From positions 2,218 through 66,217 of the IMG/VR virus record IMGVR_UViG_3300020577_005362: DNA of 64,000 bases; one strand, 5' to 3'. Below, piece after piece: positions 9,198 to 17,639 of the stretch (positions are counted from its first letter, which is position 1; every line of letters starts with the position of its first letter). A program made the position numbers and the translations under genes. The stretch comes from a virus. The notes below the pieces were generated by a model that saw only the letters and a program-made list of their open reading frames with translations, did no database searches and was not told the DNA's origin.

Positions 9198-9418
9198 ACA
9201 CGCAACAGATCATCGAAACGAAAGACGCGGCTCCGCAGCAAATTTGTCGGTCCTGCCACATGAAGCAGCATCGACAGAAAGCGAGTTGCACGTTGTGCGA
9301 CAAGCCCGCGAAGGGGCTCGGGTACTGCGTGAAGCACTATCAGCGGTTCAAAAAGTGGGGCGACCCTATGGCGTTGAAGGTCAACCAGCACAGACCGCTT
9401 GGCAAGTCCGCAGATTGA
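9194..9418 (+). pseudogene. HNH endonuclease remnant
   Basis: CRSCHMKQH and C..C....GYC.KHYQRFKKWGDP motifs; most of the nuclease domain is absent. Confidence 0.55.
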
Positions 9419-9603
9419 CGCCGCGGGAGGCGGAGCGACTGCAGGGCTTCCCTGACGGCTACACGGCCATCACGTATCGCGGAAAGCCAGCTGCGGACGG
9501 CCCTCGCTACAGGGCCCTCGGCAACAGCAAAGCCGTCAACGCGGTGCGCTGGCTGGGCCAGAGAATTTCTATCGTCGATGCAATCGGAAGGGGGAACGCA
9601 TGA
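9400..9603 (+). pseudogene. C-terminal fragment of a C5-cytosine methyltransferase
   Basis: VRRLTPREAERLQGFPD (motif IX) and RYRALGNS (motif X); motifs I-VIII missing. Confidence 0.85.
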
Positions 9604-9812
9604 GCTGGGTCTTGATCGTCGTCCTCATGAGCGGGGACATTGCCGTGAAAGTCACGTCGCAGCGAACTTGCGAGTTGCTAATCGGCCAATTGCAGCGGGG
9701 CGAGGACGTCTACGCCACGAACTCGAACACCGGACGGTCGGAGCCAGTCAAGAACGCCGCCTGCGCCCCAAAGGAAGCGCTACAGGCCCATCTCGGGGGT
9801 CCGACCTCATGA
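9600..9812 (+). CDS. Small hypothetical protein with hydrophobic N-terminus
   Basis: Coupled ORF. Confidence 0.55.
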   Translation: MSWVLIVVLMSGDIAVKVTSQRTCELLIGQLQRGEDVYATNSNTGRSEPVKNAACAPKEALQAHLGGPTS

Positions 9813-9943
9813 GATACCTGACAACCCAAGTTCTGCCGCTGGTGCTCGTCCTAGCGGCGATTGCGGGCATGGTCGCATACTGGAACGCGACGACCTTGCC
9901 GCCGATCCTCATCACGCTGCGCACGGCGGGGTTGCTGCCATGA
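9809..9943 (+). CDS. Small single-TM protein
   Basis: VLPLVLVLAAIAGMVAYW; ATGA overlaps on both sides. Confidence 0.5.
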   Translation: MRYLTTQVLPLVLVLAAIAGMVAYWNATTLPPILITLRTAGLLP

Positions 9944-10710
9944 CCGAAAACGTTTGGCTTTCCCCCGATGATCCTCCGGCTTACGGGCTCGACGTGTATG
10001 TGCGCATCGGCTCGTCAGTTCGGCGCGGCGGCCGCATCCTGCATCGGAAGATGCGCGTGCCCGTGTGGCTCGTTCTGCGCGGGCGCTCGATGATCCGGCT
10101 GCGGCGGCCGCCCGACGCCTGGCGCCCGGTCAACCCGGATGGGCGTCACGACATCCGCTCGCCGAAGATGCCCGGGAGCTTCCGCGAGCAAGCGGACCAG
10201 CTCAACACCAAGCCCACACCGGCGGACCTGCCGCCACCGGAAAAGCGCGCATGGTGGCTCGATGCCAACGCCATCACGTATTCGCCGGAGGGCGCCCGCA
10301 CGCCGAGGGAGGTCGAGGGCCGGGTCATGCGCATGCTCAACACCTGCCGCGTCGAGAAAATTCCGAACCCGCGCGGCCCCGGATCCAACTCCGACTGGAT
10401 CGCGAAGATGGTGGCCAAGGTCGAGATCGAGATGGGGTTGCGTGAGCGCGCGAGCTACTGGCACGACAAGTTCCAGCCCACGGCGCGGGATCTCTCGGAC
10501 GCGGTGACGGCCATCGAGTGGCTGTCTGTGGTCTCGGGGCAGACCTACGAGATCCTGGCGCTCCGCAGCGCGAGCCCGGTCTATTCCTGGCGACAGATCT
10601 CCGAGATCAAGGGAATGCCGCGCACGGCTCAAAAGGTCGAGGCGACCTACCGGGGCGCGATCCTGCGGCTGACGAACGCCGCGAACGGTCGGAGGCTCGA
10701 TGCGGCATGA
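9940..10710 (+). CDS. Putative late-gene regulator with DUF6362-like C-terminal HTH
   Basis: PTARDLSDAVTAIEWL..ILALRS..YSWRQIS; position at the end of the early-right genes. Confidence 0.55.
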   Translation: MTENVWLSPDDPPAYGLDVYVRIGSSVRRGGRILHRKMRVPVWLVLRGRSMIRLRRPPDAWRPVNPDGRHDIRSPKMPGSFREQADQLNTKPTPADLPPPEKRAWWLDANAITYSPEGARTPREVEGRVMRMLNTCRVEKIPNPRGPGSNSDWIAKMVAKVEIEMGLRERASYWHDKFQPTARDLSDAVTAIEWLSVVSGQTYEILALRSASPVYSWRQISEIKGMPRTAQKVEATYRGAILRLTNAANGRRLDAA

Positions 10711-11194
10711 GCCGAACAGTTCTGGGCGCAAGCGCCGACAGTCGCCACAGGAGGCGATTATCGAGCGGCAGCTGGGGATCACGGCCGTGTGCATGATCGC
10801 CTACGCGACGCGCGTGCCCCGACACTTCGGCGACAACGAGGGGGCATGGCCGATCAAATTCGTCGTCACGCAGAAACCCAGGAACGCGGCGAAGATCGAC
10901 GACCTCTCGAACCCGATCCACAAGGTCGCGGTGCGCCACATGGTCAACGTCCGCGACAAGGACGCGGCGAAGCGACTGAAGAACGCGCTCGATCATCTGC
11001 TACTCGGGAGCGCCAGCGCCAGCAAGTTGCGGCACGGCTGGCGCGATGTCGAGGATCCGGATCTGACATGGGATCTGCTGCTCGGCGAAGCCCTGCGCAC
11101 GACGAAGCTTGAAGGTTTCGACGAGGAAGAAAAGACGCGCCGCATCCGGCGCGAGTACGAGCGTCGCATCAACGGCTTTAGACGGCGAGGCTGA
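10700..11194 (+). CDS. Hypothetical protein
   Basis: Overlapping ORF with typical codon usage. Confidence 0.6.
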   Translation: MRHEPNSSGRKRRQSPQEAIIERQLGITAVCMIAYATRVPRHFGDNEGAWPIKFVVTQKPRNAAKIDDLSNPIHKVAVRHMVNVRDKDAAKRLKNALDHLLLGSASASKLRHGWRDVEDPDLTWDLLLGEALRTTKLEGFDEEEKTRRIRREYERRINGFRRRG

Positions 11195-11197
11195 AAA

Positions 11198-11293
11198 ATG
11201 GAGGACGGCATGTATCTGATCGCGATGATTTGCCTGCTCATCGGCTTCGCGCTGGGTGGCGCGATTATGCACATCCTGATCGTGCGAGGGTGA
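11198..11293 (+). CDS. 31-aa TM peptide
   Basis: MEDGMYLIAMICLLIGFALGGAIMHILIVRG; fills the gap between genes. Confidence 0.45.
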   Translation: MEDGMYLIAMICLLIGFALGGAIMHILIVRG

Positions 11294-11297
11294 CGAC

Positions 11298-11810
11298 ATG
11301 GCTGTGAAAATCCCCGTGCAGGGCCTGTCGATCACGATCGATCCGGGTTGCCTTCCTCCAGGCCCTCCGGGGCCCGCCGGCGGTGTCGTGCTCATGTGCG
11401 ATTGCGACATCTCTAGCGCCGACTTTTCGACGGGCACCGCTGGCGCGGTCGTGCTGGTGGGTCGCGAGGTCGTGCCGACCACCGGCAACAACCTGATCGT
11501 CGAAGCTTCGCTTGATGCGCGCATGACGCGGTCCTCGGGGGCGATTGTCGCAGATCTGCAATTGCTGGAGCGCATCAACCAGGGCGCGGGATGGTTGCAA
11601 TGGAATTGCGTGCGTGTGCTGCGCGGCTTCCTCAGCGGGGGATCGGTCGCCGTTGACGTGCGCGGATCACGGTCGACGCTCTACAGGCGCAGCTTGCTCG
11701 GAATTGCGCGCGTCCAATACCAGCTCGTCGTGGGTGCGCTCTCATCCGACCCGCCAGCTGCCATAACGGTCTATGCCGGTGCGTCGATGAAATACACGGA
11801 GACGATATGA
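11298..11810 (+). CDS. Free-standing paralog of the tail-fibre C-terminal domain
   Basis: Aligns by eye with the last ~145 aa of 43262..45280; short PPGPPGPAG collagen-like motif. Confidence 0.8.
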   Translation: MAVKIPVQGLSITIDPGCLPPGPPGPAGGVVLMCDCDISSADFSTGTAGAVVLVGREVVPTTGNNLIVEASLDARMTRSSGAIVADLQLLERINQGAGWLQWNCVRVLRGFLSGGSVAVDVRGSRSTLYRRSLLGIARVQYQLVVGALSSDPPAAITVYAGASMKYTETI

Positions 11811-12307
11811 TCGAATGCGACCTCCTGATCCCGACCACGACAAGCGAGCTGTTCACGGCACCAGCCCCGATTGAAAAAGTGTCGTATCTCCGCGTTTGGG
11901 ATTACGGGCCGGGCACCGGGCAGACGTTCCCTGACCGCGTGCGATTTGCCGACGTGCTCGTTCCCGACTGTCGGGCAGGGGATTGGCTCGACGTCGTGTT
12001 CTTGTACCAGATCACGAACAACCTCCCCTACGATGTCGAAAACTCGTGGCGTCTCATCCTGACGCAGGATGCTTCCGGCATCGAGGGCATCCGCGCGCCG
12101 GGGCGGGGGTATAACATCATGCCGGGCATTCATCACGGACCGGGCGCTGATCAATGGCGCGTGGTCGTCCCATCTGATGGCGACTGGTACGTGGCGGCCG
12201 TGGTGTATGCGGGTGGCGGCTCGTACTCGAAGCCGGGAGACACGGTGGTTGTCGATGTTGGATATGGAAGCCTGTCGGCAATACGGGTTAGATCTGGGAC
12301 CACTTGA
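11807..12307 (+). CDS. Beta-rich hypothetical protein
   Basis: ATGA-coupled; alternating hydrophobic and aromatic strands. Confidence 0.65.
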   Translation: MIECDLLIPTTTSELFTAPAPIEKVSYLRVWDYGPGTGQTFPDRVRFADVLVPDCRAGDWLDVVFLYQITNNLPYDVENSWRLILTQDASGIEGIRAPGRGYNIMPGIHHGPGADQWRVVVPSDGDWYVAAVVYAGGGSYSKPGDTVVVDVGYGSLSAIRVRSGTT

Positions 12308-12322
12308 TCACAGCGGACTTTC

Positions 12323-12511
12323 CTATCGGTGTGCCACGATGAAGTTGATGGCCTCTCGGCGCGTGCGAAATGTGCGGGTCAGAAAGTCATTCCCGTGCAC
12401 TCGCCATTCGCGCCGAGACGCACGCTCAAGGATCGCAACCGTTACGCCAAGCCGGTGATAGTGCCAGCAGTTGCACGATCCGTCCGGGTTCGGTGATGGG
12501 TCGATCTGCAT
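12323..12511 (-). CDS. Small hypothetical protein
   Basis: Ends in TFRTRREAI, a common small phage ORF pattern. Confidence 0.45.
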   Translation of the reverse strand: MQIDPSPNPDGSCNCWHYHRLGVTVAILERASRREWRVHGNDFLTRTFRTRREAINFIVAHR

Positions 12512-12622
12512 GGCTTCGGGCCTTTCGCATCGGTTCTACTTCTTGGCAAAGTACGCGCCGACTGCGAACGCTAAGATGCCTGCGAGCATGTACCAAAAGG
12601 CGTCAGGTGGCATATCGGGGCT

Positions 12623-12853
12623 CTATTGTTGTTTCTGATCTCTGGCTTTCAGCATCGCGTCTGCAAGTCGATAGGCGGCCGCTGGCGCATCAAACCATTC
12701 CGTCATAGGAACCCCTTCGCGCGACGCTGGACCAGACAGGATGCCGAGCAAGGCTTGTCCCGCGAAGTAGTCGCGCAGCGACATTCCCTCTTGGCCGTTG
12801 TCTCCGCATCCTGGGATGCTTACGGGGAATGCAGTTCCACCATCGGTTCTCAT
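12623..12853 (-). CDS. Conserved phage protein (GGxAFP..GMSLRDYFA family)
   Basis: DGGTAFP, GMSLRDYFAGQAL, AYRLADAMLKAR. Confidence 0.85.
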   Translation of the reverse strand: MRTDGGTAFPVSIPGCGDNGQEGMSLRDYFAGQALLGILSGPASREGVPMTEWFDAPAAAYRLADAMLKARDQKQQ

Positions 12854-13151
12854 CGTCGGGCCTTCTGTGTTGCTTCGGATAAGATCGAGTGCGGGCCTTC
12901 AACCCGCTCCCGGACCACACACCTTGCGGCGTGCTCTTAGGCCGTCACTTCGGTCGCGGCCCCGTGGCGGGAATGCTGCCGCTGTCAGTTGTCCACACCC
13001 AACCCCTCCTCTTAACTGCTCGGCAGCTTATCAGGCCACCGGCCGGCACTATCGAAGGCCGCACTGCTCCACGCTGATAAAGCGTGTTGAGGGATCTTGC
13101 CAAAGTCCGGGCGGCGCCTACGCCACCCAATCATGCTTCGCGAGCAGTGGG

Positions 13152-13196
13152 TTTATACCAAATCATGTTGGCGCGCGCAAGCTGCAAATGTAGATT
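13152..13196. promoter_or_regulatory. Overlapping divergent sigma70 promoters
   Basis: Minus: TTGCGC(13180-13175)-N17-TATAAA(13157-13152). Plus: TTGGCG(13168-13173)-N17-TAGATT(13191-13196), placing +1 at about the ATG at 13204. Confidence 0.65.
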
Positions 13197-13203
13197 TGCG
13201 CAA

Positions 13204-13806
13204 ATGACGAAATCATCCACAGAAGACGCAATCGGACTGACCCGCGTTCACCGCTGGGCTCCGATCCCCGTGCAGACCGAGCGCCTAGAGGCGGCCGGCG
13301 TCAGGCGGATTGTAAGCCTCGACAAGATCACGCGCGAGCAGTTGGTGCGCATGATCCGCGACCGCACAGTGCTTAAGGTTCTGCATGCCAGCTTTCTGAT
13401 TGACCCGCACAAGCGCGGCGCCATCAGGCGGTTGAACGACTATCAGAAGTTCGCCGAGGAATTGGCGAACCTCCCGCGCAAATGCCGTGGCATCGTCTTG
13501 GACGTTGATAGCGGTTTCCTTGCCGATACGGCGCCACAGCGGCGCGCTATGGTTGCGCTGGTGCGTGAGCAGATCGCGAAGGATCTGCGTGGCAAGGCGT
13601 CGGCGTCAAACGGGAAGCGCGGCGGGCAACCGCTGAAGCTCTCGGGTGAGCAGAAGGAACGCGGGCGCGGCATTTGGATGGACGTGGTGCGTTTTCCGAC
13701 ATGGGACGACGCGGAGCTTGAGTTGAAAAAGCAGGTACACAAGGACTTCACCAAATGGCGGGCTAACCGCGAGTACGGGCTGCGGCCCACAAGGCCAAAA
13801 CGATAG
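13204..13806 (+). CDS. Degenerate serine-recombinase (resolvase-like) protein lacking the catalytic Ser
   Basis: IGLTRVH (vs IGYARVS), Q..RLEAAGVRRI, R.QL..MIR...VLKV, GKRGGQPLKLS.EQ hinge. Confidence 0.6.
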   Translation: MTKSSTEDAIGLTRVHRWAPIPVQTERLEAAGVRRIVSLDKITREQLVRMIRDRTVLKVLHASFLIDPHKRGAIRRLNDYQKFAEELANLPRKCRGIVLDVDSGFLADTAPQRRAMVALVREQIAKDLRGKASASNGKRGGQPLKLSGEQKERGRGIWMDVVRFPTWDDAELELKKQVHKDFTKWRANREYGLRPTRPKR

Positions 13807-13815
13807 GAGCACCTG

Positions 13816-14088
13816 ATGGACGACGCAGCCCGGATCGAAATTCGCGACGCAGCCAGAGATTTGACGCTGCGCGAGATGCTTGCCGCGTCCTACATGGCCG
13901 TGATGGATGATTGCACTGCCGCCGAAGCGGCCCGCCGTCTGACCAATGGGCGGGGCGCCGAGCACTCTGGCGACTGCCGCAAGCTGCCATGGACGTGCAT
14001 GCGCTGCTACTACGAAAACCACATGCGCGACGTTGACGAACTGATCACGCATCTTGATGAGTTTGGCGTGAAGCTGACGACAAAATAG
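13816..14088 (+). CDS. Hypothetical protein (HSGDC..CMRC)
   Basis: RBS aggag; Cys/His motif. Confidence 0.65.
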   Translation: MDDAARIEIRDAARDLTLREMLAASYMAVMDDCTAAEAARRLTNGRGAEHSGDCRKLPWTCMRCYYENHMRDVDELITHLDEFGVKLTTK

Positions 14089-14099
14089 GAGCGACGAAG

Positions 14100-14297
14100 A
14101 TGAGCGAGACGCGGACGCTTTCGCAGTACCGAGACGACAAGCACGGAACTGTGCGTGTCGAAGAGTGGCCAGAGGGTCTGGTGCTATGGGTCGGCGGTGA
14201 AATCGCTTGGCGCCAATGGCGACCGCAGTCGCACCAAGTCATCACGTTGAAATTGGACTGTAGCGAGTTGCGCAATTTGCTCGCCAGTCAAACGTAA
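14100..14297 (+). CDS. Hypothetical protein
   Basis: RBS aggag. Confidence 0.6.
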   Translation: MSETRTLSQYRDDKHGTVRVEEWPEGLVLWVGGEIAWRQWRPQSHQVITLKLDCSELRNLLASQT

Positions 14298-14508
14298 GTA
14301 GCATCCAATGCAGTGGCTTGCGAAGTCCACCCCGGTGCAGTGGCTGGTGTTCGTGATCGGATATTGGAAGATGGCAGGTGCGCGGCGTGAGATCGCCAAA
14401 GACCGAACCGATAGGATGTGATATGCACGCTATGATCGTGCGGGGGAGTTAGCGCCGATTTGCCTCCTGCAAAGGGCGATTTGCGCAAATCACCGAATTC
14501 GAGGAACG

Positions 14509-14691
14509 ATGACAATGGGCGGCGCATACACGTATTACTGCGACAACAATAGCCTCAAGCGCATTGACGCCACGGCGGAGGAGCACTTGGCCAACCTTGA
14601 TCGCATGGCCGTTGATCTTCTCAAGATGCGCCAGCGCTATCTGGATGAGATTGCGCAACGTTGTCCGACGTGTGGCAAACCGAAAATCTGA
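14509..14691 (+). CDS. Hypothetical protein with C-terminal CPTCG
   Basis: RBS gagga. Confidence 0.55.
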   Translation: MTMGGAYTYYCDNNSLKRIDATAEEHLANLDRMAVDLLKMRQRYLDEIAQRCPTCGKPKI

Positions 14692-14701
14692 GAGGCTGGA
14701 C

Positions 14702-15055
14702 GTGGCTGAGATCACTGAGGAATGGCTTGCGTCGGTCGGGTTCAAGTATCGCGAGCCCGGTGAGCGTCAGCCGTGGCGACACTGGACGCTGACTTTCTCA
14801 GAGCAAGACGACCACGGACTATATCTGGAGACCACGATGCCGGGCTGGCTCAACCGGTACGGTGAGCACGTCAACGCCGACAGTGGGTGGTTCCTATGGA
14901 TCGGTCGCGAGAGCCAGTTCATGCATCTGCGCCACGTGTTTGAGCAGTCTGAGATTGTTGCCTTGGTCGAGGCTCTGACTGGACAGCCCTGGGTGCCGAC
15001 CAAGGCGGGGAATGTGCAGGTAAAGCGGCGCGTCCGCGAAGCCGCAAGCCAATAG
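14702..15055 (+). CDS. Hypothetical protein
   Basis: GTG start; ITEEWLASVGF motif. Confidence 0.6.
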   Translation: MAEITEEWLASVGFKYREPGERQPWRHWTLTFSEQDDHGLYLETTMPGWLNRYGEHVNADSGWFLWIGRESQFMHLRHVFEQSEIVALVEALTGQPWVPTKAGNVQVKRRVREAASQ

Positions 15056-15068
15056 GACAGGAGGCCCT

Positions 15069-15446
15069 ATGCGCGTGGTATGTCCCGAGTGTCGTGGTCA
15101 GCGCCAAATGTACTATCTGCAGCGGCCGGAGCCTGAGCCGATCCGCGAGTTTGCTCCGTTCACGGCGTCGTCCGAAATGACCGTGACCAAGACGCTTGAA
15201 GACTGCCGTCGCTGCCGTGGCGCTGGTGTGGTCGAGAACACTGATCGCATCCCGGTGTATCAGTACGGCGCCAAGATCGGGACCGTGCCGCCAGACTTCG
15301 ATCCGAATAGCTTCGTCAGCCGCAGTATCATGTACCGGCCGCGCCTTGGTGACTTTCAGCAGATCGGCTCGCGCATCGACGCGAGCCCGTCTCTCGGCAA
15401 CGGCGACCTTGAGGCCGTGCCCGGATTTGTGTGGGACAGGGAATAG
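15069..15446 (+). CDS. Protein with DnaJ-type CxxCxG zinc motifs
   Basis: CPECRG..CRRCRGAG; RBS aggagg. Confidence 0.65.
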   Translation: MRVVCPECRGQRQMYYLQRPEPEPIREFAPFTASSEMTVTKTLEDCRRCRGAGVVENTDRIPVYQYGAKIGTVPPDFDPNSFVSRSIMYRPRLGDFQQIGSRIDASPSLGNGDLEAVPGFVWDRE

Positions 15447-15461
15447 AGCAGAGGAGCGAAC

Positions 15462-15686
15462 GTGGCAGAAGTTCACACCATCCATGAGGAGCGCGCCACG
15501 CCGCAGCAAGTGCTGGCGCAGGCATACGCACGCGCCCAATCTGGCGCTTACGCAGACGTTGTGATCGTCGCCACAAAGCAAGACGGGTCCATGGACATCG
15601 GCTGGGCATCATGCGCCGCTTCTGACCTTGCCGTTGCCGCGCTTTACATTGAGGCGGAGGCTCGCAAGCTTCTGAAGATGGAATGA
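15462..15686 (+). CDS. Hypothetical protein
   Basis: RBS gaggag, GTG start. Confidence 0.6.
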   Translation: MAEVHTIHEERATPQQVLAQAYARAQSGAYADVVIVATKQDGSMDIGWASCAASDLAVAALYIEAEARKLLKME

Positions 15687-15880
15687 CGTTCGCGGGGTGG
15701 ACATGCAGGAAGGTGCATCGTGAATACTACATGCCGCAGGTTCCGCGCCTTGGCTTGGATACTTTGACGGGTCGCGCCATCTACCGCGATGGCCGCCGCG
15801 TGCCCCCGCGCGGCAAGGAGCCTAGGTGGCAAGTGTACGCCCTGATTGAGCAAGCTAATAGGCGCAAGCCAAAACGATAG
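15683..15880 (+). CDS. Small basic hypothetical protein
   Basis: ATGA-coupled. Confidence 0.45.
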   Translation: MTFAGWTCRKVHREYYMPQVPRLGLDTLTGRAIYRDGRRVPPRGKEPRWQVYALIEQANRRKPKR

Positions 15881-16027
15881 GAGCATGGCGATCAATCCGG
15901 TGCCCTCAAGAAAAAGGACCGGATGGACGAACCCCACATCCATGCCGCGCGCAAGGTGATCGAGCACATGAAACTGTGCGGCTACGTGATCACGCCGCCG
16001 GACGCCACGCAGCCGCACAAGACATAA

Positions 16028-16291
16028 TCATAGCGCCGACGTTTTCGACATCATCGGATCGCTGCGATCCGCAACGGTCTCACGAACCTCAATGTGACCT
16101 CGGCTTGCCAGATCTGATAAGGAGCGCGCTAGTCGATTTCGCGTCTCCACGTCAGGCAAATGGCCCAGAGCATCGGCGGCGTCCGCAAAAATGCGCGCCT
16201 CCAATTCGTCGATAAACACGGCCTCCGGTTTTACTCGGCAATCCGCGAAAACCGAATAAATCCCCGCGGCAGTCTCTTCGTAGCGTCGCAT
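16028..16291 (-). CDS. Hypothetical protein
   Basis: ORF with purine-rich upstream region. Confidence 0.45.
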   Translation of the reverse strand: MRRYEETAAGIYSVFADCRVKPEAVFIDELEARIFADAADALGHLPDVETRNRLARSLSDLASRGHIEVRETVADRSDPMMSKTSAL

Positions 16292-16426
16292 TTCGTGCTT
16301 GCCTTTCTCTTCACGCGCCACCCCTCATTGGCTAAAAACGGAAATGGCCGCCCAAGCCATTTCCCCCGCAACACGCGCATCATCTCACCCGACCGTCGCG
16401 CGGCCAAGTCCTGAGCCCACAACATC

Positions 16427-16560
16427 GAAAACAGTGGTGCCACGCGGACACTGTTTCGGCCAACTCCTGTGGAAAACATGGACAGTCGAGAAACAGTTCG
16501 AAACCGACAAAGAAAAAGCCCCGGCCTTTTGGACCGGGGCGAAACGGTGCGAAACCGTTC
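16427..16560. repeat. Cluster of GAAACNGT-like repeats
   Basis: Copies at 16490, 16500, 16541, 16551 (10-bp-spaced pairs), inverted at 16450-16457, variant at 16427. Confidence 0.6.
16508..16540 (-). terminator. Intrinsic terminator for 16560..17498
   Basis: gccccggtcc-aaaa-ggccggggc followed by TTTTTCTTT on the minus strand. Confidence 0.75.
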
Positions 16561-17498
16561 TAGTGCATCAGGCTGATTTGGACCTCGCGACCGACACGCT
16601 CCCTGCGGAGCAATTTCTGCCGGTCGGAAACCCACTTCGACGCCGTGCTCTTGGAAACCTGCAACATGGCGGCAAGTTCGTCGTTGGTGACGGGCTTACC
16701 GACAGTGCGAAGAGCCTCAACGACCGGATCGACCTCGATGACGACTTCCTGCTTGGGGGCAGGCAGAACCTTCATCGTGCCGCCAGTCGGCATCGTCGGC
16801 GCGGCGATCTTGATGACTTTCGTGTGGCCGAAGCCAAGGCCGAAGAACACGATTGTCGCCAGTTCCAAGATCAGCGCCTTGGCGAGCGGGGTGATGAGAC
16901 CGATGGCCTTTTCGATCTCCTGAACCGGAGCGCGAATGACGAGCGCGACTAGCTCGGCAGTGTACCGCAGTTCTCCGTTCGCCTGCTCCGAGGGTTGCAG
17001 CCTATCAAGACGAACCTCGTAGAGGCGGACTTGATCGTCAGCCGCTTCGAGTGCAGTCTTCAACCCATCGCAGCGAAGCCCTTTACCCGACGCGCACTCC
17101 TTGGCGAGATTGGCGCTTGCGGATGCACGCGCGTCGCGGGCCTTCTTGAGTTCGATCTCGGCGTCCTTGCGGGCATCCGCGATCTTCGTGGCCTCGGCCT
17201 CCCGATGCTGGGCAACCTTGGCGGCGCGTCCGGCCGAACCCGAGACGCAGAAGTAAGTGCCACCTGCAAAAACCAACGCCAGCCCAATCGCCGACATCAG
17301 CCTAAGTGCCTTGACCGCAGGCCAGAACATATGTCCGGCTGCAATCGTGCCCAAGATCACCAGCACAGTCATCACGTGGTCGGTCGTGAATTCTGCGCCG
17401 TGCCGCACGTCATCGAGGATGACTGCGGTCGTGCCGAGGGCGAAAATCGCTCCGAGACCCATTGCAGGCCAGGAACGAATGGTGGTAGTATATGCCAT
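16560..17498 (-). CDS. Multi-TM/coiled-coil/TM/winged-helix protein
   Basis: Three N-terminal hydrophobic helices, coiled coil with C-x6-C, fourth TM, C-terminal VTNDELAAMLQVSKSTASKWV HTH. Confidence 0.8.
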   Translation of the reverse strand: MAYTTTIRSWPAMGLGAIFALGTTAVILDDVRHGAEFTTDHVMTVLVILGTIAAGHMFWPAVKALRLMSAIGLALVFAGGTYFCVSGSAGRAAKVAQHREAEATKIADARKDAEIELKKARDARASASANLAKECASGKGLRCDGLKTALEAADDQVRLYEVRLDRLQPSEQANGELRYTAELVALVIRAPVQEIEKAIGLITPLAKALILELATIVFFGLGFGHTKVIKIAAPTMPTGGTMKVLPAPKQEVVIEVDPVVEALRTVGKPVTNDELAAMLQVSKSTASKWVSDRQKLLRRERVGREVQISLMH

Positions 17499-17585
17499 AG
17501 TCGCTAACTCCCTTGGTGGGGTGGTTGGATGACAGTCAAGGCTCGGGAGGGTTGCGCCCCTTCCGGGCCTTTCGCATTTCTGATG

Positions 17586-17639
17586 GGCCTCATCAGCTAC
17601 CGCTTTACGGTAGGACCGGGATTGCTCCCGGTTTCGGCC
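17586..17639 (-). ncRNA. Type II hammerhead ribozyme
   Basis: Minus strand GGCC-GAAA-CCGGGA(gcaa)UCCCGG-UC/CUACCG(uaaag)CGGUAG-CUGAUGA-GGCC: all core nucleotides and three stems present; predicted cut between 17614 and 17613. Confidence 0.92.

Noticed and set aside
13025-13080. Second hammerhead at minus-strand CTGATAAG
   Set aside because: Core is not CUGANGA and there is no correctly placed GAAA/UH
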